NCBI GenBank assembly: GCA_963662265.2 | Contig: CAXXHA010000011.1 | Span: 128,001-192,000, forward strand | Reading direction: 5' to 3' | Source of the DNA: Spirochaetia bacterium | GTDB lineage: Bacteria; Spirochaetota; Spirochaetia; CADAEX01 | DNA length: 64,000 nt | Part shown: piece after piece, positions 9,766 through 20,810 of the stretch | How the letters are laid out: each line of letters begins with the position of its first letter | How positions within the stretch are numbered: the stretch's first letter is position 1 | The notes under the pieces: model-generated | What the model saw: the letters and a program-made list of their open reading frames with translations, nothing else | Told to the model about the DNA's origin: nothing | The model's database searches: none | Position numbers and translations under genes: made by a program

Positions 9766-10635
9766 TTACCTGCTTAGAAGGTTTTCAATTTTCAGGTTTA
9801 CTTCATTTATAATGATGCCTGCATATCTTTCAATATTGGTTATGACATACTGCTGGAAATTGTGTATTTTCCCTGAAAGCTGGGTCCTATAGGGGACCTG
9901 CAGGTAGAGTTTTATCCTGTAACCTGTAAAATCATTCTTTACTTTGACTTTTTTTATTTTAATTGTGTGGTCGAATTCATCTGCGCAGTGGATAATCATC
10001 TGGGTAAGGGCAGTTTCTGAAATTGTCACCTTTCCCTTTTTCTGGGAAAAATCAGGCTGAACAACAGTTTTTTCATAGAATTTGTCTTTATTTTTGCCGA
10101 AGTTGAATATTTTTCTTTTTACAAAAACCTTGACTGAATCGTAAATTATATGGGAGTAATCTCTTTGAATTTCCACTGTAGGTACTGGAATTATATGTTT
10201 TCCTTCAATATGCCGCGATTTAATTGCCTTGTTTATCTCGTCCTCGGTTGCAATATCCTCAATATGAATCATCTTGGAAATATGGGGAAGCTTGAGCCTT
10301 TTTGTTATCTTTCTTACCATTTTTTCGGATGTACCGAGAATAAGAATCCTTTTGAAATTTGTATTCTGCAGTGCATGAATAACTTCTTCCCTGTGCTGAG
10401 CTTCATCGAACAGTGCTGTTTTTATTGCACCCAGAAATGCCGCCTCTTTCTTGGCTGATTTTCCTGCAATAATGTTTTTTTCCTTGATAAGAAGTCCGTC
10501 ATCTATTATCAAGTCAATTCCATACTTCTCGGCAATAAGTTTTGCCCTGAAGCTTTTACCTGTTCCGCTTTTTCCGACAAGCGCAAATACTTTAATTCCT
10601 TTAAAAAGCCACAATATATAGTAAAAAAGTTTCAT
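9766..10635 (-). CDS. P-loop protein with C-terminal Asp23/Gls24-like domain
   Basis: Walker A GKSGTGKS, IIDDGLLI; C-terminal ISETAL...IERYAGI segment. ATG at 10635 preferred to 10653. Confidence 0.65.
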   Translation of the reverse strand: MKLFYYILWLFKGIKVFALVGKSGTGKSFRAKLIAEKYGIDLIIDDGLLIKEKNIIAGKSAKKEAAFLGAIKTALFDEAQHREEVIHALQNTNFKRILILGTSEKMVRKITKRLKLPHISKMIHIEDIATEDEINKAIKSRHIEGKHIIPVPTVEIQRDYSHIIYDSVKVFVKRKIFNFGKNKDKFYEKTVVQPDFSQKKGKVTISETALTQMIIHCADEFDHTIKIKKVKVKNDFTGYRIKLYLQVPYRTQLSGKIHNFQQYVITNIERYAGIIINEVNLKIENLLSR

Positions 10636-10745
10636 ACATAAAATATACCACAAAAATAATTAAAAGAAAGTATTTAGGAGATTAACTTTTCGTTTAAATG
10701 AAATGCGGAATTATTATCTTCTGGAATCTGTTCTGCCGTTTTGTT

Positions 10746-11774
10746 TTAAAAAGTCTTAATAAAATTTCTGAATATTTCCATTGCTTCATCGCCAAAAATC
10801 TTGACAGCAGTGTTTATGAAATAATCAGGTACCGGGGCTTTCAGGCTGCTGAATCCTGTTGTTTCTGAATATTCTTTTAAATCAATCCTGTATGCGTGGA
10901 GAAGGTAACAGGGGATAACAGGTTTACCCCCGTATTTTTTATCGCCGGTTAACGGATGCCTGTTAAGCTGTCCCTGTTTTCTGATCTGGTGATATCTTCC
11001 GGTGGGGATATTAACAAGTGCCAGTGTATTTCTGCTGTTGAACAGCAGCGGTTTTACAATTGTAACAGCTTTTTTTGATTTCCCGGATTTGTCCTGATCA
11101 GCATCGACCGCTTTTTTCTGATTATTGTCCTGGGTTATCCTGTTCTCCCACCTGACTTCTCTTCCAATTTTTCCGTCAAAAAGTGCAAGGTAGTATTTTT
11201 CAGTTTTTCCGTTTCTCAGCATTTCTGAAAATATCCTTGCACCATCTATGGATTTACCAAAAAGAACAAGACCTGAAGTGTTCCTGTCCAGCCGGTGCAG
11301 GGGACCTGGGCTGAAAGTCAGCGACTGTTCAATTTTACCTTTCAGGTATATTTTAATGCAATCTTCAAGTGTTTCTGTCTTTTTTCCGAAATTCCCGCCA
11401 TGTACAGGAACACCTCTTTTTTTGTTGACAGCTAATATATTTTGGTTTTCAAAAATAATATCTTTTTTTATATCTGCGGCAATTTTCACAGTTTCAGGTG
11501 AAAATGCCATGTTTCCGGTTTTACCCGATTTAAGACCCTTTTCAAGTGATGGAAGATTTTCAAGAAGCGATTTATGAACAGAAATAACATCACCTTCACT
11601 GACCCTGTATTCAGGCTTGATTTTCCTGCTGTTGATCCTGATTCTTCCGCTTCTTATTTCTTTATATACTGATGATAAATTCAGATCTGACAGCACTTTC
11701 CTTATTATTTTATCAGCTCTTTTCCCTGAGTCATTTTTCCCTGTTACAGCTGCAGTTTTAAAGTTTATATTCAA
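10746..11774 (-). CDS. RluA/RluC family pseudouridine synthase with S4 domain
   Basis: S4 domain, HRLDRNTSG catalytic motif, TGRYHQIR, GDKKYG. Confidence 0.92.
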   Translation of the reverse strand: MNINFKTAAVTGKNDSGKRADKIIRKVLSDLNLSSVYKEIRSGRIRINSRKIKPEYRVSEGDVISVHKSLLENLPSLEKGLKSGKTGNMAFSPETVKIAADIKKDIIFENQNILAVNKKRGVPVHGGNFGKKTETLEDCIKIYLKGKIEQSLTFSPGPLHRLDRNTSGLVLFGKSIDGARIFSEMLRNGKTEKYYLALFDGKIGREVRWENRITQDNNQKKAVDADQDKSGKSKKAVTIVKPLLFNSRNTLALVNIPTGRYHQIRKQGQLNRHPLTGDKKYGGKPVIPCYLLHAYRIDLKEYSETTGFSSLKAPVPDYFINTAVKIFGDEAMEIFRNFIKTF

Positions 11775-11832
11775 CTTCTTTTATATCCTTTACCTACTTG
11801 ACAATACACCTGCTACATAAGACTATATCTTT

Positions 11833-12312
11833 ATGCAGGAGACAGGTTTTTACTATATTAACAGAATTTTTCAAAATCCTGTATTTTTATCAGCCGTTTT
11901 CAGCTGGTTTATTGCGCAATTTATAAAAACTGTAATTGTTGTTCTTTATCCCATGCAGAAACCGATAAAATACTATCTCGGTGTGCTATTATGGAAGACA
12001 GGAGGAATGCCGTCAAGCCATTCTGCTCTTGTAACTTCCGTGGCAATATCGGCAGGTTTTCAGGAAGGATTCAATACACCTCTGTTTATTGCTCTAAGCT
12101 GTTATGGTCTCCTTGTAATCCGGGATTCTGTCGGTGTCAGACGTGCAGCCGGTATTCAGGCAAAAATGCTTAACAGGCTCGGCAGGGAATTGGAAAAAAG
12201 AAACGGAATACCGTACAGGCCGGTTAAAGAGGTTAACGGTCATACAGCATCGGAAGCTATTGTAGGCTCTATCATCGGGTTTTTCATTGCTGTGGCTTTT
12301 AACAGTCTTTAA
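11833..12312 (+). CDS. Divergent PAP2 family (DUF212) membrane protein
   Basis: AQFIK, TGGMPSSHSA, DSVGVRRAAG, GHT motifs. Confidence 0.88.
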   Translation: MQETGFYYINRIFQNPVFLSAVFSWFIAQFIKTVIVVLYPMQKPIKYYLGVLLWKTGGMPSSHSALVTSVAISAGFQEGFNTPLFIALSCYGLLVIRDSVGVRRAAGIQAKMLNRLGRELEKRNGIPYRPVKEVNGHTASEAIVGSIIGFFIAVAFNSL

Positions 12313-12323
12313 CAGGAACTATA

Positions 12324-13955
12324 ATGACAGATATTGATACAATAGTAAGAAAAACAACAGTTATATATATATTACTCATACTGGCTGCCTTGCTGACATT
12401 TGCCGCAACAGTTTTATTTAAAATTCCTTCAGGGAAATTTTCACTGTGGTCCGGTTATCATATTCTGGTTGTTGATAAATATGAATCAGGTAACGAAGTC
12501 CCGGAAAGCAGATTATCTGCTCTTTCTGAATTGCTTGAAAAAGAAGGCAGTTTTGATGAAATTGTTTCCAGGTACAACACAGAAATAGAATACAGCAATT
12601 ATAATGAGCTTAGAAAAGTTAAACTGTCAGATCTGGAAAAAAGGTTTAATATTCTCGATCCCAGATATGACAGTTATATGAAAAAAATACCGCTTTATTT
12701 CACTACAGGTGATGAAAAAGATGAAAAAGAGATTTATTATATCAAAACATCAATGAGCGAGGATGAGGCAGTATCAGTGCTTGACAGCATAATGCCTGAA
12801 AGCATGGTCTGGGAAATTGCTTCGATGTCAGTTGCCAGATCAGTTTTCATTTTACCTGCAATATTTATTTTAATTACAGCATCTCTTGTTTTCATCAAAA
12901 AAATGAAATCTATGTTTTTTCTGTTTATATCGGCAGTCTGGCTTTTTGTGATTCTTAAAACAGATATAAGCCTGTTTTATGCTGCTGTAATCAATATTGT
13001 TTTTATCAGTTATTATATAGAAATTATCGAGCTTACATTGAGAAAGTGGTTTGATAACGAAATATTTTCAATAGAACAGCTTCTGAACAGGAGAAATGCG
13101 TTAATAAGTGCAGCAGTTTTCATTTTCTCAAATACTGTAATAGCAGTTTTGAATCCTTCGGTAAAATCCTTCATTCTTTTCAATTTATTATTTATTTCTG
13201 AGTGTTCTGTTCTTTCCCTTGATCTTGTATGCAGCATGAGAAGAGCTGTGAATTATATGCATAAAATATTCAGCAGCGTTCCTATACTTGAAACAAATAA
13301 AAACAGGATCTTTGACAGGTGGATGATAAGAAAACCGGTTTACTTTTATCTTTTCGTACTGCTGATTTCATTACCATCGGTATTTCTCCTCACAGGAAAA
13401 AGCAGTTTTCTGCTTCCGTCACCCGAGCCTGTAAAAGGGATTGAAAACGGGGATGCTTTTACTGAAATCAGGCTGCTTTCAGAATATGTTCCTGAAAAAA
13501 ATGAAGCGGGTAACGGTTTGGGCAATCGGCATCTGCCGGATATCTCCGATTATATGGCACACCTGGCTTACCAGATAAGGCTTCCCTATAAATTAGATTA
13601 TTCAATTCCGGATAAAAATGAAATGATAAGTATTTCTCATTATTTTTTAAATAAAAATAACTTTCAGGAAGAAAAAAAGACAGCCTACCTGTTTACAGAT
13701 TCATGGTTAAGAGATAATATTATTCGCGTCAAAGAAAGCGGATTAACCGGGCTGATTATGTCGGCCGGTGAACATGTAAAAGTAGTTTTTACTGATACAT
13801 CATCAGTAATAAATCCGGTTTTTTTTGGAAGTATGTATTGTTTTTTCTATGTTGCCCTGATTCTGATGGTTGTCTGGAAAGAAAAAGCAGGAAAAACAAA
13901 TTATGAAAAACATATATTACCTTTAATAAAAAGGAGAAAACAGCAAGCGGCATGA
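12324..13955 (+). CDS. Multi-pass membrane hypothetical protein, overlapping the rnfC start (ATGA)
   Basis: 543-aa ORF with several hydrophobic segments. Confidence 0.75.
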   Translation: MTDIDTIVRKTTVIYILLILAALLTFAATVLFKIPSGKFSLWSGYHILVVDKYESGNEVPESRLSALSELLEKEGSFDEIVSRYNTEIEYSNYNELRKVKLSDLEKRFNILDPRYDSYMKKIPLYFTTGDEKDEKEIYYIKTSMSEDEAVSVLDSIMPESMVWEIASMSVARSVFILPAIFILITASLVFIKKMKSMFFLFISAVWLFVILKTDISLFYAAVINIVFISYYIEIIELTLRKWFDNEIFSIEQLLNRRNALISAAVFIFSNTVIAVLNPSVKSFILFNLLFISECSVLSLDLVCSMRRAVNYMHKIFSSVPILETNKNRIFDRWMIRKPVYFYLFVLLISLPSVFLLTGKSSFLLPSPEPVKGIENGDAFTEIRLLSEYVPEKNEAGNGLGNRHLPDISDYMAHLAYQIRLPYKLDYSIPDKNEMISISHYFLNKNNFQEEKKTAYLFTDSWLRDNIIRVKESGLTGLIMSAGEHVKVVFTDTSSVINPVFFGSMYCFFYVALILMVVWKEKAGKTNYEKHILPLIKRRKQQAA

Positions 13956-15276
13956 AATCATTAAAAACTTTTTCTAAAGGCGGTATTCATCCGGGTGATT
14001 TTAAGGATTTAACCAATAAAGTTGAAATCCAGAATGCTCTGATAAAAGACCTGTTTATAGTCCCTTTGTCACAGCATATCGGTGCTCCGGCTGAATGTCT
14101 TGTAGCCTCAGGTGATGAGGTTAAAGAGGGGATGCTTATCGGAAAGGCTTCCGGATTTATTTCAGCAAATATTCATTCTCCGGTTCCCGGAACTGTTAAG
14201 GAAATTACTGAAGTATATCTTGCAAACGGAATGAAAAGCAAAGCTGTGGTAATTGAACCATCCGGTTCGTTTGAGCAGCTTGGAAAAACTGTCCAGCCTG
14301 TTGACTGGGAGTCTTTTTCTGCAGATGAAATCAGAGACAAAGTATTTGAAATGGGAATTGTTGGTCTTGGAGGCGCAACATTTCCTGCAAATGTTAAATA
14401 CGCAATCCCTGCCGATTCCAAAGTGGAGTCTCTTGTTATCAATGCGGTTGAATGTGAGCCATACCTTACTGCAGACCACAGGCTGATGCTTGAGAAACAG
14501 AGGAAATATTTACAGGATTAAAAATACTGAAAAAAGTTCTTGAACCTGAAAATATTTTAATAGGGATTGAGGCTAACAAGCCGGATGCAATTGAAATAAT
14601 GGAAAAATTCGCATCAGAGTCAGATCTAGGTGTAGAAATTGTTCCTTTGAAACTCAAGTATCCCCAGGGTGATGAAAAACAGCTTTTAAAGGCAGTTCTT
14701 GATAAAGAGGTTCCGTCAGGAAAACTTCCTATCCATATCGGGGCAGTTGTCTCAAATGTGGGAACTGTGTTTTCCGTATACGAAGCAGTTGCCTTCAACA
14801 AACCTCTCATCGAAAGGGTAGTAACAGTTTCCGGAAAAGGAATCAAAAATCCTTCAAACATTAAAGTCAGAATCGGTACCAAGGTTCAGGATATTATTGA
14901 AGACTGCGGAGGACTCACCGATGACACTGTGAAAATTGTCATGGGTGGACCTATGATGGGTTTTACAATGTGCAGCCTTGATACTCCTGTTATCAAGGGA
15001 ACTTCCGGTATTCTTGCACTTACTGAGAAAGAGATAAAAGGTAACAAGCAGACTGCCTGTCTTAACTGCGGCAGATGTACCCGTGCATGCCCTATGGGAC
15101 TTTCTCCAACCAGATTGTACAAAAACATTGATTTCGGAAAATATGAAGAAGCAATGAGAATGAATCTTATGGACTGTAAAGAATGCGGATGCTGTGCTTA
15201 TACATGTCCTGCCAATATTCCTCTTGTACAGGGAATGAGACTTGGTAAAAGAATGGCAAAAAAGAAGGTAAAGTAA
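13952..15276 (+). CDS. rnfC: Rnf subunit C, split by a 1-nt deletion near 14495
   Basis: GGIHP, QHIGAPA, GIVGLGGATFP, NAVECEPYLTADHRLM in the first ORF; YPQGDEK and two CxxCxxCxxxCP clusters in the second. One extra A in GAGAAACAG restores ...LEKTEEIFTGLKIL... Confidence 0.9.
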
Positions 15277-16362
15277 ATGAAAGATGATAAATTGTTTCTG
15301 GTAGCCAGTTCACCTCAGATCCATCATCCGGATTCTACAGCCAGAATCATGCTTGATGTGATTATCGCTCTTGTTCCAGCAGGTATCTGGGGAGTATATG
15401 TTTTCGGCGTTAGAGCGCTTGTTGTTGTTGCAGTTTCAATAATTGCTGCTGTTGTATGTGAATATTTACTCGGAAAAGTTTCCGGTAAAAACACTATTGA
15501 TGATTACAGTGCATTGCTGACTGGACTTCTGATCGGTTACAATATGCCGGCAGATGTAAAGCTGTTTGTGCCTGTTGTTGCTTCTGTTTTTGCCGTAATA
15601 GTTATTAAATGGTCATTCGGAGGTCTTGGAGGAAACATGATGAATCCTGCTCTCGCAGGTCGTGTTTTCGTATTCTTTTCATGGACCGGTACAATGACAA
15701 AATGGAAAGCTCCTGTCACAAACATAGGTATTGACTCACTAAGCGGAGCATCCCCTTTAGGTTATCTTAAAACAGGGCTGATGGATTTCTCCGGAAAGGT
15801 CAGCGGCCCGATGGAATTCATGAAGGAATACCCTAAAAGCCCGGTAGATTCATCCCTTACAGAGTGGTTTAATTCTGCTTTCGGGGCAAAAATAGACGGC
15901 GGATATTTTGATCTTTTACTTGGAAATGTTTCAGGATGTATCGGCGAGGTATCAGCTCTTCTTCTCGTTCTCGGAGCAATATATCTCCTTGTCAGAAAAG
16001 TAATTACATGGGAAATCCCCGTGGCATACCTTGTTTCTTTTTCCGTGCTGATCTGGATCTTTGACGGAGTGAGATTCGGCAACGGGCTTTTTTCAGGCGA
16101 TGTGATGTTCAACCTTCTTTCAGGCGGATTGATGCTCGGTGCCCTCTATATGGCAACAGATATGGTAACATCTCCTTTGACAGCAAAGGGGCAGATTGTA
16201 TTCGGTATCGGATGCGGCTTTCTTACTTTCCTGATCAGAGTCTACGGTTCTTTCCCGGAAGGTGTATCACTTGCAATTATTCTGATGAATATTTTCGTTG
16301 CAATGATTGACAGAACCACAGCACCAAAACTTTTCGGAGCTGTAAAGAAGGGGAAAGAATAA
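15277..16362 (+). CDS. rnfD: Rnf subunit D
   Basis: SSPQIH, FGGLGGNMMNPALAGR, SGASPL (FMN site), GCIGEVS, ATDMVTSP. Confidence 0.95.
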   Translation: MKDDKLFLVASSPQIHHPDSTARIMLDVIIALVPAGIWGVYVFGVRALVVVAVSIIAAVVCEYLLGKVSGKNTIDDYSALLTGLLIGYNMPADVKLFVPVVASVFAVIVIKWSFGGLGGNMMNPALAGRVFVFFSWTGTMTKWKAPVTNIGIDSLSGASPLGYLKTGLMDFSGKVSGPMEFMKEYPKSPVDSSLTEWFNSAFGAKIDGGYFDLLLGNVSGCIGEVSALLLVLGAIYLLVRKVITWEIPVAYLVSFSVLIWIFDGVRFGNGLFSGDVMFNLLSGGLMLGALYMATDMVTSPLTAKGQIVFGIGCGFLTFLIRVYGSFPEGVSLAIILMNIFVAMIDRTTAPKLFGAVKKGKE

Positions 16363-16916
16363 TGAAGAATATACTGATTATCGGTTTAAAACTGACAATT
16401 ATCTGTGCAGCAGCAGCACTCTGCCTTGGAATGGTAAATGCGCTTACAGCTCCAAGAATAGCAGAGCTTAAAAAAATTGCACTCGCAGAAGCTCTTCAGG
16501 TTATAAATAAAACAGGTACACCGGGAGAAGAGGTTGTTATAGAAGATGACAGCGTTGTTAAAGGTTATTATCCTGTTAAACTGGACAGCGGAGACATGAA
16601 GGGGTATATCCTTACTCTCAGGGGCGACGGTTATGCAGGTGACATGAAAATCCTTGCCAACTATGAAAAGAACGGTAAACTTCTGGGGTGTGTTCTGATG
16701 GATAACCAGGAAACACCGGGCCTTGGAAAAGAAGCTGAAAGAATCGAATATATGGATAAGTATAAAGGATTCGGGGCAGATTCTCCAATTCCTGTCAAGA
16801 AGAGTCAGCTGTCTGCGGACGATGCTGATGCAATCGGAGGAGCCACAATTACCTTTGTCGGAATAGGCAAAGCGCTTGATTACGGCTCAAACTATGTAAA
16901 AGATCTAGGAGAATAG
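16362..16916 (+). CDS. rnfG: Rnf subunit G
   Basis: N-terminal TM helix, GYAG, ETPGLG, GGATIT FMN motif. Confidence 0.92.
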   Translation: MKNILIIGLKLTIICAAAALCLGMVNALTAPRIAELKKIALAEALQVINKTGTPGEEVVIEDDSVVKGYYPVKLDSGDMKGYILTLRGDGYAGDMKILANYEKNGKLLGCVLMDNQETPGLGKEAERIEYMDKYKGFGADSPIPVKKSQLSADDADAIGGATITFVGIGKALDYGSNYVKDLGE

Positions 16917-16918
16917 CC

Positions 16919-17530
16919 GTGATAAAGGAATTTACAAAAGGACTTTTTAAAGAAAATCCTATTTTTATAATTGTACTGGGACTCTGTCCGGCGCTGGGTG
17001 TTTCGACAAAGGTTGTAAATGCGCTGGGTATGGGTGCAGGTGTAATATTTGTTCTTCTCTGTTCAAATATTCTTGTTTCACTACTTAAGGATTTTATTCC
17101 GGACAAGGTAAGAATCCCTTCCTATATTGTAATAATTGCATCATTTGTAACAATTGTTGAAATGGTAATGCAGGCTTATTCACCGGCTCTTTATAAAAAC
17201 CTCGGTGTATTTGTACCGCTTATTGTAGTAAACTGTGTAATCCTCGGTAGAGCCGAGGCTTTTGCAAATAAAAACTCTGTACTGCCTTCAATACTCGATG
17301 CTCTGGGCATGGGACTGGGTTTTACAATAGGACTTGTTCTCATAGCTGTAGTCAGGGAAATCCTGGGTGCAGGAACAATAACAGTATTTCCTCTCGGCAG
17401 TTTCGACGGTGTTATCAGGATACCTGGACTATATGAAGCTCCGGTAAGGGTAATAGGACTTGCTGCAGGTGCTCTTCTTGTAATGGGCTATCTTAAGGCA
17501 TTCTTCAACTGGTACCTGGACAGGAAATAG
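16919..17530 (+). CDS. rnfE: Rnf subunit E
   Basis: ENPIF..LGLCPALGVS, PLIVVNC..LGRAEAFA. Confidence 0.95.
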   Translation: MIKEFTKGLFKENPIFIIVLGLCPALGVSTKVVNALGMGAGVIFVLLCSNILVSLLKDFIPDKVRIPSYIVIIASFVTIVEMVMQAYSPALYKNLGVFVPLIVVNCVILGRAEAFANKNSVLPSILDALGMGLGFTIGLVLIAVVREILGAGTITVFPLGSFDGVIRIPGLYEAPVRVIGLAAGALLVMGYLKAFFNWYLDRK

Positions 17531-17539
17531 GGGGAAATC

Positions 17540-18130
17540 ATGACTTATATAAGTATTATAATAACATATGTATTTATCAGTAACCTGATTCTTACACAGT
17601 TTTTGGGAATGTGCCCTTTTATCGGTGTATCAAAAAATGTTGAATCAGCCGTAGGTATGGGGTTTGCCGTAACTTTTGTTATGGCTCTTGCATCTCTTAC
17701 AACATGGGCAATACAGTATTTCATACTTGTTCCCCTTCATATAGAATTTCTTCAGACAATTACATTTATTCTTGTAATAGCTTCACTGGTACAGTTTGTG
17801 GAAATGGTGATACAGAAGGTTGCTCCACCTCTTTACAAGGCGCTTGGGATATTCCTTCCTCTCATAACAACAAACTGTGCTGTACTCGGTATAGCGCTCA
17901 TAGTTGTAAGAAGCGGATACAATGCAATGGAAAGCTTCCTGGGCGGAGTTTCTGCAGGTCTCGGATTTCTCCTTGCTATTCTTATTATGTCTACAATCAG
18001 GGAAAGACTTGATACAGAAAGAGTTCCTAAGGCTATTAAGGGGATCCCTATAGCATTTATTGCAGGGGGACTGATGGCTCTTGCCTTTATGGCATTTGAT
18101 AAAGCACTCTTGAAAAATCTACTTGGTTAG
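17540..18130 (+). CDS. rnfA: Rnf subunit A
   Basis: FLGMCPFIGVS, LPLITTNCAVLG. Confidence 0.95.
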   Translation: MTYISIIITYVFISNLILTQFLGMCPFIGVSKNVESAVGMGFAVTFVMALASLTTWAIQYFILVPLHIEFLQTITFILVIASLVQFVEMVIQKVAPPLYKALGIFLPLITTNCAVLGIALIVVRSGYNAMESFLGGVSAGLGFLLAILIMSTIRERLDTERVPKAIKGIPIAFIAGGLMALAFMAFDKALLKNLLG

Positions 18131-18139
18131 GAGCTTTAT

Positions 18140-18940
18140 ATGTTGATTACTATATTTTATGCGTTTATTTCTGTTGCTCTGCTGGGAGCTGTTTTCGGAA
18201 TAGGTCTGGCAATTGCGGCAAAATACTTACATGTTAAGAAAGATGAAAAGCTTATCAGTCTTGAAGAGGCAATGCCTGGATATAACTGCGGTGCCTGCGG
18301 ATATGCCGGATGTTCTTCATATGCAGAGGCAATATTTGAAGGAACAGCAGAGGATCTCACATTATGTGCTCCAGGTGCTGCCGAAACTGCTCACAAGCTT
18401 GCTGATATAATGGGTGTTACTGTTGAAGTTCCTGCTGAAAAAATGGTTGCACAGGTTCACTGCCGGGGAGGCAGGGAAAATGCCAAAATTGCATTTGATT
18501 ACAAGGGGATAAGCGACTGTAATGCTGCTTCAATCCTGTTTCAGGGAGAAAAAGTTTGTAAATATGGTTGCCTTGGATATGGAAGCTGTATTAAAGTATG
18601 TCCTGTTGATGCAATTGATTATGATGATGAAGGGCTGATCTGGATTGACCGCGACAAATGTATAGCCTGCGGAAAATGTATTGATGTATGTCCGACACAT
18701 GTAATTAAAATGATACCATATTCTGCTGATTATATTGTTGCATGTAATTCAAATGATAAGGGTGCTGTAACAAGAAAAGCTTGCAAAGTTGGTTGCATAG
18801 GTTGTAAAATGTGTGATAAGCAATCGCCGGAAGGGGGCTATGTAATAGACAATTTCCTTGCAGCTATTGACTACAGCAAGGATGGTGAACGTTCTGCCGG
18901 TGCAGAAAAATGTCCTGCAAAGTGCATTAAAAAGCTATAG
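18140..18940 (+). CDS. rnfB: Rnf subunit B
   Basis: PGYNCGACGYAGC, CKYGCLGYGSC, CIACGKC ferredoxin motifs. Confidence 0.95.
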   Translation: MLITIFYAFISVALLGAVFGIGLAIAAKYLHVKKDEKLISLEEAMPGYNCGACGYAGCSSYAEAIFEGTAEDLTLCAPGAAETAHKLADIMGVTVEVPAEKMVAQVHCRGGRENAKIAFDYKGISDCNAASILFQGEKVCKYGCLGYGSCIKVCPVDAIDYDDEGLIWIDRDKCIACGKCIDVCPTHVIKMIPYSADYIVACNSNDKGAVTRKACKVGCIGCKMCDKQSPEGGYVIDNFLAAIDYSKDGERSAGAEKCPAKCIKKL

Positions 18941-18965
18941 AAAGGTTTTGAAAAGTAAATAATGA

Positions 18966-20729
18966 ATGAAAAATAAGATTGTAATTGGTCTGTCATGCAT
19001 GAAATATATCGAAGAGCATGATGAACCTAACGAGGAATTATATTTAAAAGTAATAAAACCCTTTTTAAGGGAATTATATAAATATCCTGAAATCAATGCA
19101 GTACTCCATTTTCCCGGGGTACTGCTTGATTGGCTTGAAGATAAACACCCTGAATTAATAATGCTTATAAGCGAGCTTATTAAGAAGAAAAAACAGCTAG
19201 AACTCTTGGGCTCAGGATATTATGAACCTATACTCACAATGATCTCTCCAACCGACAGAACAGGTCAGATTGAATCACTTACTACTCTTATAAGAAAAAA
19301 ATTCGGAAAAAGACCTCGTGGCTGCTGGATAGCAGGCAATTACTGGGATAATTCACTTGTCAATCCTATAAAAAACAGCGGTATGGACTATATTTTTCTT
19401 GATTTCGAGAAAATGATGATAGCCGGTATTACTGAAGAAGATATGTTCAGTTCATGTGTGACTGAAGAAAACGGAAAATTACTTAATGTATTTCCTATAC
19501 ACAGGGAAATTATAAAAAAACATAAAACAAACGAAGCAGGCGAATTTGTATCTTTTCTGAATATAAAAGAAAAAAAGGAAAAACTCTTTTCTGTTATATT
19601 CAGGGAATATGATTTTGAAAACAAAGATGAACAATGGATTGCTGATTTTTTCAGGGGAATAAGCGAAGCAGACAATCTTGAGACAATAAGCCCCTTTAAT
19701 TATATAAAAAATAACGGAAGGTTTAAAAAAGCCTATTTTCAGAATAATAATTTCTTCAAGAAAATCCTTGCAGAGTCTCCAGAAACCAACCTTCTTTACT
19801 CTAAAATGATACATATACAGACACTTATCAATCAGATACGGGGCGATAAGTACAAGAAAAAAGCTGCGCAGGAAAGCCTTTGGGCAGGCCAGAATTTCAA
19901 CCTGTTCAACATTATAAACAACAGTGATTCAAAAGAAGCCAGATGCGACATGATACAGTTCAGGAAAAAGGCATATAAGTACCTGATTGATGCAGAGCTT
20001 GAAGCAAGGCAGCAGGGTGTATTTATTCCTTCACTGATAAAGACAGATTTCGATCTTGACGGTGTTGAAGAATATATGTATCAGGGTGAGGAATATAATT
20101 TCTATCTGCATGTTGACGGCGGAACTGTTTTTGAATTTGACAGGTTTAAAAACCTCTGGAACTATGCTGATGCAGTAAGATGTGAAAATGGAAAATCAGA
20201 AATATGCAGAAGTTTCCAGGACCGAATATATAAAACAAGTCTTGAAGATGATCAGCTTGAAAATGATGAATTGAAGAAAGACAGCCTGTTCCTTGGGAAA
20301 GAGGAATACCTTGTTGAAAACTATGATCGTGAAAATAAAATCATTAAATTCATCAAACGGATCAAGCAGGATGATATAAATATAAAACTGTCAAAACAGT
20401 ACAGGTTCCTGAAAAAAAGGGCAGAAGTGATCTATGAAATATCAAATATTGGAAGCAGAATTGTAAACAGGACTTTTTCAACTGAAATTAATTTTTCATT
20501 TTCAAATGATTCAGAGGGAAAAGATTACTACAAAGCTGATTCATATGATATTCAAATGAAAGATGAAAAATACAGGTTTCATATAAATTCAACTGTACCG
20601 TTCAGAAACAGTATCAGGGAAATTAATGAGAACAATGTAAATAATTTCAGCAGGTTTGAAATGTTCTGGAACCTTGATGAACTCACACCCGGTAAAACTG
20701 TTACTTTTAAAATAGAAATTAAAATATAA
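18966..20729 (+). CDS. GH57 family (4-alpha-glucanotransferase-like) protein, catalytic residues apparently lost
   Basis: ELLGSGYYEPIL, DRTGQIE, FGKRPRGCW, YPE-like SPETNLLYSKM, DFDLDGVEE, GGTVFEFD. Confidence 0.8.
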   Translation: MKNKIVIGLSCMKYIEEHDEPNEELYLKVIKPFLRELYKYPEINAVLHFPGVLLDWLEDKHPELIMLISELIKKKKQLELLGSGYYEPILTMISPTDRTGQIESLTTLIRKKFGKRPRGCWIAGNYWDNSLVNPIKNSGMDYIFLDFEKMMIAGITEEDMFSSCVTEENGKLLNVFPIHREIIKKHKTNEAGEFVSFLNIKEKKEKLFSVIFREYDFENKDEQWIADFFRGISEADNLETISPFNYIKNNGRFKKAYFQNNNFFKKILAESPETNLLYSKMIHIQTLINQIRGDKYKKKAAQESLWAGQNFNLFNIINNSDSKEARCDMIQFRKKAYKYLIDAELEARQQGVFIPSLIKTDFDLDGVEEYMYQGEEYNFYLHVDGGTVFEFDRFKNLWNYADAVRCENGKSEICRSFQDRIYKTSLEDDQLENDELKKDSLFLGKEEYLVENYDRENKIIKFIKRIKQDDINIKLSKQYRFLKKRAEVIYEISNIGSRIVNRTFSTEINFSFSNDSEGKDYYKADSYDIQMKDEKYRFHINSTVPFRNSIREINENNVNNFSRFEMFWNLDELTPGKTVTFKIEIKI

Positions 20730-20810
20730 ATATATTTTCTTTCAAATGATTCCAAATAAAGAAGATTCTTAAGAAAGATAAAAGGCAATCCTGGTTCTAA
20801 GGCTGAAGAA

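Noticed and set aside
14490-14521. Programmed frameshift or true split of rnfC
   Set aside because: No slippery site or stimulator; one missing A restores a normal RnfC and the rest of the operon is intact. Likely a sequencing error.
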